Positions 19,538 to 27,541 of a stretch of 64,000 bases of DNA are shown piece after piece. Origin of the DNA: Anaerolineae bacterium (GTDB lineage: Bacteria > Chloroflexota > Anaerolineae > Anaerolineales > UBA6663); contig JBBIQY010000005.1 in assembly GCA_037442085.1 (NCBI GenBank), forward strand, positions 715 to 64,714, in the 5' to 3' direction. The notes beneath the pieces are model-generated. The model did not search any database. It saw only the letters and a program-made list of their open reading frames with translations, and was not told the origin of the DNA. Position 1 is the first letter of the stretch. Each line of letters starts with the position of its first letter. Both the position numbers and the translations under genes were made by a program.

Positions 19538-20476
19538 ATGCCGCCGCTTCACGCCACGCGCATCGTCTTCATGGGCACGCCGGAGTTTGCCATCCCCAGC
19601 CTGCGCGCCCTGCTGCAGCACACCCGCGTCGTTGGAGTGGTCACCCAGCCCGACCGGCCCGCCGGTCGTGGTCAGAAGTTGATCGAGTCGCCGGTGAAGC
19701 GGGCGGCGTGGGAGGCCGGCGCACCTGTCATCCAGCCGCAACGGTTGCGGGAGCCGGCAGCCCTCGCACAGCTTGCGGCCTGGCAGCCCGATCTGATCGT
19801 CGTCGCTGCCTTTGGCCAGATCCTCCAACCGGCGGTGCTTCGCCTGCCGCCGCACGGCTGTATCAATGTTCATGCCTCCCTGCTCCCGCGCTGGCGCGGT
19901 GCGGCGCCGGTAGCCGCCGCCCTGGCCGCCGGCGATGCCGAGACCGGCGTCACCTTAATGCAAATGGACGCCGGCCTGGATACCGGCCCGCTGCTCGCGA
20001 AGCGGGCCGAGCCGATTCGGCCCGGCGACACGACAGCGACCTTGACCGAACGCCTCGCAGCATTGGGCGCCGACTTGTTAATAGAACACCTGCCCGCGTA
20101 CCTGGCCGGAGACTTGAAGCCTCAGGCGCAGGACGAGGCGCTGGCGACCTACGCGCCCCCGCTCAAGAAGGAAGACGGTCATCTTGATTTCACGCGCAGC
20201 GCAGTGGAACTGGAGCGCCGCATTCGGGCGCTCACCCCGTGGCCGGGCGCGTTTGCGCTCTGGCATGGCCAGCCGCTGAAGGTGCTGCGGGCCGCGCTGG
20301 CTGAAGGTGTTGCCGGCGAGCCGGGCAAGGTCATGCCGCTCCCCAACGGCGTGGCCGTGGCCTGCGCGGACGGCGCGCTGCGCCTGCTCGATGTTCAGCC
20401 TGCCGGCAAACGCGCCATGTCTGCCGCCGATTTCGCCCGGGGCGCGCCGGGATTCATCGGCTCATGGTTGGAATAG
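19538..20476 (+). CDS. fmt: Methionyl-tRNA formyltransferase
   Basis: Track ORF 19079-20476 trimmed to ATG 19538: MPPLHATRIVFMGTPEFAIPSL...VVTQPDRPAGRGQKL; HASLLPRWRGAAP. Confidence 0.9.
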   Translation: MPPLHATRIVFMGTPEFAIPSLRALLQHTRVVGVVTQPDRPAGRGQKLIESPVKRAAWEAGAPVIQPQRLREPAALAQLAAWQPDLIVVAAFGQILQPAVLRLPPHGCINVHASLLPRWRGAAPVAAALAAGDAETGVTLMQMDAGLDTGPLLAKRAEPIRPGDTTATLTERLAALGADLLIEHLPAYLAGDLKPQAQDEALATYAPPLKKEDGHLDFTRSAVELERRIRALTPWPGAFALWHGQPLKVLRAALAEGVAGEPGKVMPLPNGVAVACADGALRLLDVQPAGKRAMSAADFARGAPGFIGSWLE

Positions 20477-20572
20477 CAAAGCCAAGACCTGCCGGGTCTT
20501 GTCGGCGCATAGCTTCGGCACGTTTTCGGTCAGATCGGCAGGTCTGGCCGCCAACCGCCAAGAGACTTCGCC

Positions 20573-21031
20573 ATGTTCCCTATCCCACTTTCTCGACTTC
20601 TTGCCGCCCTGTTACCTGATCCGCTGGAAACACTCCTGGCCGACTCGCTCGACCACTTCAGCAAACAGGTCAAGCCGGCGCTGTATGCGTACCTGTGTGA
20701 GACGGACAAACGCGCCGCCGTGCGCAAGGCGCTCAACGAGGGTATAGACGCGGCTGTCGCGTACCTCAAGCCAAAGCTGATGAAGCAGTTCAGGCTGCCC
20801 GCTGCGGCGGCCTCGGCGGCAGCCACCTTCATCGTCAAGACCCTGGCCGTGCGTGGTCGCAGCCGGCTATGCGCCGAGCTGGAGCGGCAACTCGGGCCGC
20901 TGCCGCGCCAGACGCCGAAGCGAAAATCTAAACGCCAAACCGCGCGTCGGCCCACCCAACGCGTCTCCTCGGCCCGCGCGCGTTCCGCCTCGGCCAAACG
21001 CAAGCCGCGTGCCGCCGCTCAGCGCCGATGA
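20573..21031 (+). CDS. Hypothetical protein with Arg/Lys-rich C-terminal tail
   Basis: 152-aa ORF with GC3-rich codon pattern; ATGA-coupled to next gene; no family recognised. Confidence 0.5.
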   Translation: MFPIPLSRLLAALLPDPLETLLADSLDHFSKQVKPALYAYLCETDKRAAVRKALNEGIDAAVAYLKPKLMKQFRLPAAAASAAATFIVKTLAVRGRSRLCAELERQLGPLPRQTPKRKSKRQTARRPTQRVSSARARSASAKRKPRAAAQRR

Positions 21032-22047
21032 AGGCCCTCATCCTGGGTGTGGGCGCGATCGGCGCATACCTCGGTGTTAGCCTGGCGCAGGCCGGGCATG
21101 CCGTCACATTCCTGGTGCGGCCGGCCACCGCCGCCCACCTGCGCACCCATGGCCTCCGCCTTACACGCGGTGACCGGCAACAGGTGTTGAGCGCGCCCAC
21201 CGTGGTCGAGTCGCCGACGGCGGCGCTGCGGACGACGCACGACGTGCTCATTATTGCCCTCAAATCGTTCGACACTGCCGCTGCCCTGGCTGAACTGCGT
21301 GCCGCGACCGACTCGCCGCCGCCCATCCTCTGCCTGCAAAACGGCGTGGACAACGAGGCCGCCCTGGCGCAGGCGTTTGGTGCGGAGCGCGTCATCGCCG
21401 GGACGGTGACGACCGCCGTAGGGAAGCGCGGCGCCGGCGATTTCGTCGTCGAGCGGGAACGCGGCGTGGGCGTCGCGCTGGGCCACACGCTGAGCGAGCG
21501 GCTGTTGGCTGCCCTCAACCAGGCCGGGCTGAACGCGCGCGGTTACACGTCAGCCGGCGCGCTCAAGTGGTCTAAGCTGCTGACCAACCTGTTGGGCAAC
21601 GCCACTTCGGCCATCCTCGATCTAAGCGTCGCCGAGGTCTTGGCCGATGCGCGCCTGTTTGCTCTGGAGCAGAGACAGTTGCGTGAATGTTTGAGCGTGA
21701 TGCGGGCGTTGCGCCACGCGGTGGTGGATTTGCCGCGGACTCCGGTGCGCGCGCTGGCGTTCGGCGCGCAGTTGCCGAGCTGGCTGGCGCGGCCAGTGCT
21801 CCAGCGCGGCCTGGCATCGGCGCGCGGCGGCAAGCAGCCCTCGCTCCACATTGATCTGCACAGCGGACGTCCGACCGAGGTGCGCTGGCTGCACGGCGCG
21901 GTGGCGCGGCATGGGGCGGAACTTGGAGTGGCGACCCCCGTAAATCAAGTCCTGGCGGAGACGGTGGAGGCTCTGAGCATAGGCCGCCTGCAGCCCGAAA
22001 GTTTCCGGCGACGGCCTGAAGCCTTGCTAAGTTTGATAAACGTCTGA
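21028..22047 (+). CDS. panE: 2-dehydropantoate 2-reductase (ApbA/PanE family)
   Basis: MKALILGVGAIGAYLGVSLAQAGHAVTFLVR Rossmann start; KWSKLLTNL motif. Confidence 0.8.
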   Translation: MKALILGVGAIGAYLGVSLAQAGHAVTFLVRPATAAHLRTHGLRLTRGDRQQVLSAPTVVESPTAALRTTHDVLIIALKSFDTAAALAELRAATDSPPPILCLQNGVDNEAALAQAFGAERVIAGTVTTAVGKRGAGDFVVERERGVGVALGHTLSERLLAALNQAGLNARGYTSAGALKWSKLLTNLLGNATSAILDLSVAEVLADARLFALEQRQLRECLSVMRALRHAVVDLPRTPVRALAFGAQLPSWLARPVLQRGLASARGGKQPSLHIDLHSGRPTEVRWLHGAVARHGAELGVATPVNQVLAETVEALSIGRLQPESFRRRPEALLSLINV

Positions 22048-22061
22048 CGCACTGTTATAAT
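22033..22061 (+). promoter_or_regulatory. Promoter of tRNA-Pro
   Basis: TTGATA (22033-38), 17 nt, TGtTATAAT (extended -10, 22053-61); predicted start a few nt before the tRNA. Confidence 0.6.
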
Positions 22062-22072
22062 CCGGCTCACAT

Positions 22073-22147
22073 CGGGGCGTGGCGCAGCCCGGCTAGCGCA
22101 CCTGCATGGGGTGCAGGGGGTCGGCGGTTCAAATCCGCCCGCCCCGA
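22073..22147 (+). tRNA. tRNA-Pro (anticodon GGG)
   Basis: Hand-folded cloverleaf: acceptor CGGGGCG/CGCCCCG, anticodon loop AT-GGG-GT, T loop TTCAAAT; CCA not encoded. Confidence 0.9.
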
Positions 22148-22156
22148 CAGACCCGG

Positions 22157-22188
22157 ACAGGGCGACGTGATGGGGAACGTCGCCCTGT
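22157..22188 (+). terminator. Hairpin after tRNA-Pro
   Basis: 12-bp perfect stem ACAGGGCGACGT/ACGTCGCCCTGT, 8-nt loop; followed by TCCTTCC (poor U tract). Confidence 0.5.
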
Positions 22189-22325
22189 TCCTTCCGAGGC
22201 AGCCAGCGGCGAGGCGTGACGTTTGTCATCCGCTTCCAGTGACGTTTGCGACCTTACTGCGCTGCTCAAAGCGAGCATAACAATAGTTAGCCTCCCACCC
22301 TTCCTTCAACACAGGAGAAACTCTC

Positions 22326-22541
22326 ATGGCCGACAGCGTTTACAAAGTCATCGAGATCATTGGCGTCAGTCCCGAGTCCTGGGAGAAGGCGGCCGCCAAC
22401 GCCATCGCCCGGGCGGCCAAGACGCTGCGCGACCTGCGCATCGCCGAGGTCGCCGAACTCGACATGCAGATCGAGGATGGCAAGGTGATTTCCTACCGCG
22501 CCAAGCTCAAGGTCTCCTTCAAGTACGAAGAAAAAGACTGA
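22326..22541 (+). CDS. Dodecin-family flavin-binding protein
   Basis: 71 aa; YKVIEIIGVSPESWEKAAANAIARAAKTLRDLRIAEV...; AGGAGA RBS. Confidence 0.8.
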   Translation: MADSVYKVIEIIGVSPESWEKAAANAIARAAKTLRDLRIAEVAELDMQIEDGKVISYRAKLKVSFKYEEKD

Positions 22542-22582
22542 GCCGCGTTAAACGCGGACGACCTCACCCTTCAGGGGGCAAT

Positions 22583-22843
22583 TTATTTCTTGCGCAGACC
22601 CTCCACCAGCTCGATATAGCGCTGCATCGCGGCTTCTTTTTTCATGCCCTTCTGCTTGGCCCAGGCGTCGTACTTGGCCCGTTCCACAAAGTTGAAGCCG
22701 CCCGGCCGTTCACCGGATACATCACCCGACGTGGCCTGCTTGTATAGGGCATAGAGCTTGAGCAGCGTAGTGTCATCCGGCTTCTTGGGCAATTCCTTGG
22801 CGGCTTTGGCCGCTTGTTCGAAGCGGGCTTTGAGATCAGCCAT
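22583..22843 (-). CDS. Acyl-CoA-binding protein (ACBP)
   Basis: Trimmed to ATG 22843 after GAGGAGG; 86 aa; LLKLYALYKQATSGD...KYDAW ACBP signature. Confidence 0.8.
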   Translation of the reverse strand: MADLKARFEQAAKAAKELPKKPDDTTLLKLYALYKQATSGDVSGERPGGFNFVERAKYDAWAKQKGMKKEAAMQRYIELVEGLRKK

Positions 22844-23061
22844 ACGTCCTCCTCGGGTAAACGTCTGAATTGAGTCGCTGCCGGTCACGGCGGCGCAAAT
22901 GTAGCACAACTCTGACCCGACCTCAATTCCGGTGTGAAGCCGGGCGCCCGTCGCTTTTGCAGGCCGCAGCCGGTGAGGCGGCTAATCACCCGGCGAGTAG
23001 CCGCGGCGACCGCAAACTTGCGATCGCAGGGCGTTCGACGGCCAGCCGACCTGAGCCTTCT

Positions 23062-23090
23062 TTGACAGGACGCCTGCTCTGCGCTATAAC
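23062..23090 (+). promoter_or_regulatory. Promoter of thiolase gene (leaderless candidate)
   Basis: TTGACA (23062-67), 17 nt, TATAAC (23085-90); ATG at 23099, 8 nt after the -10 box, no SD. Confidence 0.5.
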
Positions 23091-23098
23091 CCGCCGCC

Positions 23099-24253
23099 AT
23101 GTCTCCCCTGCAGGGCGTCAGTATTGTCGGCATCGGCCAGATACCGGTGCAGAAGCGCAACCCTAAATCGTTGCGCGAGATGGGCGTGGAGGCCGTGCGC
23201 CTGGCGCTCCACGACGCGGGCGTGGAGGCTGCCGACGCGCTGTTCGTCGGCAATATGCTGGCCGATGAGCTGCAGGGCCAGAAGCACCTGGCCGCGCTGT
23301 TGGCGAGCGCCGCCGGCCTGCGCGGCGTGGAAGCGCTGGACGTTGCGGCTGCCACCGGCACGGGCGCGGCGGCGTTACGCATGGCCTACCTGGCCGTCGC
23401 CAGCGGCAGCGCCCATCGCGCTGTCGCCCTGGGCGTGGAGAAGATGAGCGACGGCAATGCCACCCCCGCCCTTGCCAAAGCGTTGGACGCCGAGCGTGAA
23501 GTCCCCCTCGGCGCAACCCTGCTCAGCCAGAACGCGCGGCTGATGGCTCTGTACCTCGATCGCTATGGCCTGACCGCCGATCATCTGAACCACTTCCCCT
23601 GGATCGCGCACCGTAACGCACGCACCAACCCGAACGCGCTCTTCCGTGACAAGGACGTCTCGCTGGATGACATCCGCGCCTCGCGCGTGATCACGCCGCC
23701 CATGCGCCTGTACGATGCAGCCCCCATCTGTGATGGCGCAGCGGCGGTGGTGCTCGCGCCCAGCACCGAGGCGCGCGCCTACACACCGCAGCCGGTGCAG
23801 GTGCTCGGCGCCAGCGTCGCCACCGACTGGTTCTGTCTGGACGACCGGCCCGACCCCTTTCAACTGTACGCCGTGCAGCGTGCTGCTCGGGAGGCCTTCC
23901 GCGCCGCCAACGTTCACCGCAGCGATATTGACCTGTTCGAAACCCACGACGCCTTCAGTATCATGACCTGCCTGTCGCTGGAGGCGCTGGGTTATGCCGC
24001 GCCCGGACAGGGCTGGCGGCTGGCCGCCGAGGGCGTCATCGCGCTGGACGGCGCGCTGCCCACCTCCACGCTGGGCGGCCTCAAGGCGCGTGGCCACCCG
24101 ATCGGCGCCTCCGCGCTCTACCAGACCTGTGAAATCGTGCAGCAACTGACGGGCCGCGCCGGGCCGAACCAGGTGGCGAACGCCAGGCTGGCGATGCTGT
24201 TGAGCATAGGCGGTGTTGCTAGCACAGCCATCACACATATCTTCGGTGTCTAA
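23099..24253 (+). CDS. Thiolase-domain protein (SCP-x / archaeal-type acetyl-CoA C-acyltransferase-like)
   Basis: 384 aa; VSIVGIGQIPV...; C-terminal GGLKARGHPIGASALYQ and SIGGVAS thiolase-type motifs. Confidence 0.75.
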   Translation: MSPLQGVSIVGIGQIPVQKRNPKSLREMGVEAVRLALHDAGVEAADALFVGNMLADELQGQKHLAALLASAAGLRGVEALDVAAATGTGAAALRMAYLAVASGSAHRAVALGVEKMSDGNATPALAKALDAEREVPLGATLLSQNARLMALYLDRYGLTADHLNHFPWIAHRNARTNPNALFRDKDVSLDDIRASRVITPPMRLYDAAPICDGAAAVVLAPSTEARAYTPQPVQVLGASVATDWFCLDDRPDPFQLYAVQRAAREAFRAANVHRSDIDLFETHDAFSIMTCLSLEALGYAAPGQGWRLAAEGVIALDGALPTSTLGGLKARGHPIGASALYQTCEIVQQLTGRAGPNQVANARLAMLLSIGGVASTAITHIFGV

Positions 24254-24436
24254 CGTCATCCGAATTTAGTACGTCCGCCACTTTTGCCGGTCAGCCGTGT
24301 TTTTAGAATCGTCAGCGTTGCTATCCGAGGCGTAATTGTTTGCTGTGGGGCGACGACATATTCCGGCAGCGCCTGAGCGATCCTTCCCGGGTGCTCCGAA
24401 AGTACAGCGTGGACGTTCACATTGCTGGTGAAAAGG

Positions 24437-25729
24437 ATGTCCGACCTTTCGCTTGCTGAATTGCTTCCAGATTTGCGGTCGGGCCGGCGCCCACTGGCGG
24501 ACTATCTGTCCGAACTGGAATATCGCTTTGCTGAAACCGAGCCACAAGTGCTGGCCTTTCTGCCGGAGCCCGGCCGCTTCGAACGGTTGCGGCGTGACGC
24601 CGCCGCACTCGAAGCCCGCTTCCCTGAACCGGCGACGCGGCCGCGGCTCTTTGGCGTACCGGTCGGCATCAAAGACATCTTTCATGCAGACGGCTTCCCG
24701 ACGACGGGCGGAAGCCGACTGCCGCCGGAAGTGCTGCGCGGCCCGCAGGCCGAGAGCGTGACGCGGCTGATCGAAGCCGGCGCGCTCATCCTTGGCAAGA
24801 CCGTCTCCACCGAGTTCGCTTACTTCGCGCCCGGCCCGACGCGCAACCCCCGGAGTTCCGCCGGCACGACTCACACCCCCGGCGGCTCCAGCAGCGGCTC
24901 AGCAGCAGCAGTCGCGGCAGGACTGGCCCCGCTCACCCTCGGCACGCAGACCATCGGCTCGATCCTGCGCCCGGCCTCCTTCTGTGGCGTCGTCGGCTTC
25001 AAGCCCACCTATGATCGGGTCTCGCGGGCCGGGGTCATCCCGCTTTCGCCCTCGCTCGATCATGTTGGGTGGTTCGCAGAGGATGTGGCCGGAGTCGCGC
25101 TGGCGGCGAGTGTGTTGATTGGAGATTGGAGATTGGAGATTGAGCCAGGGCAGAAGCCTGTGTTGGGGGTGCCGGCCGGCCCGTACCTCGAGCGTGCGTC
25201 GAGCGAGATGCTCGCGCACTTCCACGCCGTCTGTGAGCGTTTGCGCGAGGCCGGTTATGCGCTCAAATCTGTGGCTATCCTCTCGGACATCGCCGCGCTG
25301 TGTGAACGCCACAACCTGCTTATGGCCGGCGAGGCCGCCCGCGTGCACGCCGACTGGTATGCGCGCTTCTCCGACCTGTATCATCTCAAGACTCGTGAGC
25401 TGATCGAACGTGGACGAACTGTGTCTGACCCGGTGCTGGCCGAGCTGCGTGGCAGCCGCCCGCAGTTGCGGCAGGCGCTGGCCCATGCCATGGCCAAACA
25501 CGACGTTTCCGTGTGGGTCGCGCCGGCCGCCGTCGGCCCCGCGCCGGAGGGCCTAGCGAGCACCGGCGACCCGGTGATGAACCTGCCCTGGACTCATGCC
25601 GGCCTGCCCGCCCTCAGCCTGCCAGCGGGAGAGATCGCCGGCCTGCCCGTCGGCCTGCAACTCGTCGGGCATTTCGGCGCAGACGAGCAGTTGCTGGCCT
25701 GGGCTGTCGAGATCGAGAAGGTGATTTGA
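24437..25729 (+). CDS. Amidase-signature family amidase
   Basis: ATG 24437 (track TTG 24422); GVPVGIKDIF..., GGSSSGSAAAVAAGL signature. Confidence 0.85.
   Translation: MSDLSLAELLPDLRSGRRPLADYLSELEYRFAETEPQVLAFLPEPGRFERLRRDAAALEARFPEPATRPRLFGVPVGIKDIFHADGFPTTGGSRLPPEVLRGPQAESVTRLIEAGALILGKTVSTEFAYFAPGPTRNPRSSAGTTHTPGGSSSGSAAAVAAGLAPLTLGTQTIGSILRPASFCGVVGFKPTYDRVSRAGVIPLSPSLDHVGWFAEDVAGVALAASVLIGDWRLEIEPGQKPVLGVPAGPYLERASSEMLAHFHAVCERLREAGYALKSVAILSDIAALCERHNLLMAGEAARVHADWYARFSDLYHLKTRELIERGRTVSDPVLAELRGSRPQLRQALAHAMAKHDVSVWVAPAAVGPAPEGLASTGDPVMNLPWTHAGLPALSLPAGEIAGLPVGLQLVGHFGADEQLLAWAVEIEKVI
25118..25144 (+). repeat. Tandem heptamer (ATTGGAG)x3 + ATTGAG inside the amidase CDS
   Basis: Read directly: ATTGGAG ATTGGAG ATTGGAG ATTGAG; encodes IGDWRLEIE. 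Confidence 0.9.
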
Positions 25730-25771
25730 ACTACGACGGCGCTGAGCATGCCCAGGCTTCACCGGCGTACT

Positions 25772-25800
25772 TTGCGCCCTTCGCATCTTGGCGGTAAAGT
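25772..25800 (+). promoter_or_regulatory. Candidate promoter of fdrA-like gene (leaderless candidate)
   Basis: TTGCGC (25772-77), 17 nt, TAAAGT (25795-800); ATG 25807 six nt downstream; no SD. Confidence 0.35.
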
Positions 25801-25806
25801 CACGCC

Positions 25807-27486
25807 ATGAACATCCAGAGCGAGATCCGCAAAGGCGCTTACTACGACTCGGTCGTGCTCATGCAGTTGCAGCGCGCGCTGCTCAGCCTGCCCGGCGTTC
25901 AGGACGCCGGCGTGGTGATGGCGAACCCGGCCAACAAGGACCTGCTGGCCGCCAGCAGTCTGCTCACCGCCGCCGCTGATCATGCCGGCCCGGACGATCT
26001 GCTCATCGTCGTCAAAGCGGAAGATGAACCGCATGCCAAAGAAGCCCTGGCACAGGTGGATGCCCTGCTGGCCCGCAAGCGAACCGGTAATGAGAGCGAC
26101 TTCCGCCCGCGCAGCCTGGCCGCTGCCGCCCGGCTTCTGCCCGAGGCGGGCTGGGTGCTCGTCTCTGTGCCGGGACGCTTTGCTGCGAGTGTGGCCCGTG
26201 AGGCGCTGGATCTCGGCAAACACGTCTTCCTGTACAGCGACAACGTCTCCCTCGAAGATGAGATTGCCCTCAAGCAGAGCGCCCGCGAGCAGGGTCTGCT
26301 GGTAATGGGGCCGGACTGCGGCACGGCCATCATCAGCGGTGTCGGGCTGGGTTTCGCCAATCGCGTGCGGCGCGGCCACATCGGCCTCGTTGCGGCGTCG
26401 GGCACCGGCCTGCAAGCCGTCGCGAGCCGCATTCATCAATTGGGCGGCGGCGTCTCGCAGGCGCTCGGCACCGGCGGGCGCGACCTCAGGGCGGAGGTCG
26501 GCGCGCTCACCGCCCATCCGGCCCTCGATGTGCTGGCGCGGGACCCGGAAACCCACGTCATCGTCCTCATCAGCAAGCCGCCGTCGCCCGAGGTGGCCAC
26601 GCGCCTGCTTGCTCGTGCACAAACGTGTGGCAAGCCCGTCGTCGTGAATTTCATCGGTTATCCGCCCCCGGCGCGTGTGCTGGGCAACCTGCATTTCGCC
26701 GCAAGCTTGAGCGAGACGGCGGAGCTGGCGCTGAAACTGGAGTCCTGGAGACCGGAGACTTCGCCTCAATCCCCAATCTCCAATCTCTACCTGCGCGGCC
26801 TGTTCTCCGGCGGCACGCTGGCCTATGAAGCCATGCTCGTGCTGCAAGCGACGCTGCATCCCCTGTTTTCCAACTCGCCGATCTCCAAGCACCAATCTCT
26901 CACTGACCCGCTCAAGAGCCGGGCGCACACCCTTCTCGACCTGGGAGGCGATGAGTTCACCGTGGGCCGTCTGCACCCGATGCTCGACAACGACCTGCGG
27001 ATTCGCCGCCTCAAGCAGGAGGCCGCCGACCCCGAAGTCGGCCTGATCCTGCTGGACGTGGTGCTGGGTGAGGGCGCGCACCCGGACCCGGCGGGCGAAC
27101 TGGCGCCGGCGCTGGCAGAGGCGCTGGAGATTGGAAAGCCGAGATTGGAAATTGTAACGATGGTGGTGGGGACGGAGGCTGACCCGCAGAGTCTCGAGGC
27201 GCAGGTTGAGAAGTTGCAGAAAGCAGGTTGCCGGGTGTTCACCGACCCCGGCGAGGCGCTGGCGTATGTGAGCCGCCGGTTTGTTTCCCCGCCTGCCATG
27301 GATTTTGTGCCCATCGCCCTCGACCGTTTCACGCGGCCGTTGGCGGCGCTCAACGTCGGCCTCGAAGCGTTCCACGCCAGCCTGCTTGCCCAGGGGGCGC
27401 AGTCCCTGCACGTAGATTGGAAGCCCCCGGCGGCCGGCAACGAAAAGCTGGCTGCGATATTGGCGAAGATGAAGAGCAGGAAGTAG
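25807..27486 (+). CDS. fdrA: FdrA-family protein (succinyl-CoA-synthetase-alpha-like / acyl-CoA synthetase-like)
   Basis: 559 aa; N-term IRKGAYYDSVVLMQLQRAL...GVVMANPANKDLL typical of FdrA; followed by DUF1116 gene as in fdrA-ylbE. Confidence 0.75.
   Translation: MNIQSEIRKGAYYDSVVLMQLQRALLSLPGVQDAGVVMANPANKDLLAASSLLTAAADHAGPDDLLIVVKAEDEPHAKEALAQVDALLARKRTGNESDFRPRSLAAAARLLPEAGWVLVSVPGRFAASVAREALDLGKHVFLYSDNVSLEDEIALKQSAREQGLLVMGPDCGTAIISGVGLGFANRVRRGHIGLVAASGTGLQAVASRIHQLGGGVSQALGTGGRDLRAEVGALTAHPALDVLARDPETHVIVLISKPPSPEVATRLLARAQTCGKPVVVNFIGYPPPARVLGNLHFAASLSETAELALKLESWRPETSPQSPISNLYLRGLFSGGTLAYEAMLVLQATLHPLFSNSPISKHQSLTDPLKSRAHTLLDLGGDEFTVGRLHPMLDNDLRIRRLKQEAADPEVGLILLDVVLGEGAHPDPAGELAPALAEALEIGKPRLEIVTMVVGTEADPQSLEAQVEKLQKAGCRVFTDPGEALAYVSRRFVSPPAMDFVPIALDRFTRPLAALNVGLEAFHASLLAQGAQSLHVDWKPPAAGNEKLAAILAKMKSRK
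26737..26790. repeat. Coding-embedded word-repeat palindrome (GGAGTCCTGGAGACCGGAGACT ... CAATCCCCAATCTCCAATCTC)
   Basis: Inside fdrA-like CDS, encodes LESWRPETSPQSPISNLY; halves are imperfect reverse complements. Confidence 0.6.
27124..27155. repeat. Coding-embedded GGAGATTGGAA ... GAGATTGGAAATTG direct word repeat
   Basis: Inside fdrA-like CDS, encodes LEIGKPRLEIV. Confidence 0.5.
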
Positions 27487-27541
27487 AGCAGAGAAAGTTC
27501 GAGCTGCATCTCTTGCTGCTTGCCCATTTCTATCAGACCCC

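Noticed and set aside
24266-24874. 202-aa minus-strand ORF at the thiolase/amidase junction
   Set aside because: It overlaps the amidase N-terminus in antisense. It has no RBS or recognisable family. The 24254-24436 portion is better read as a non-coding promoter region.
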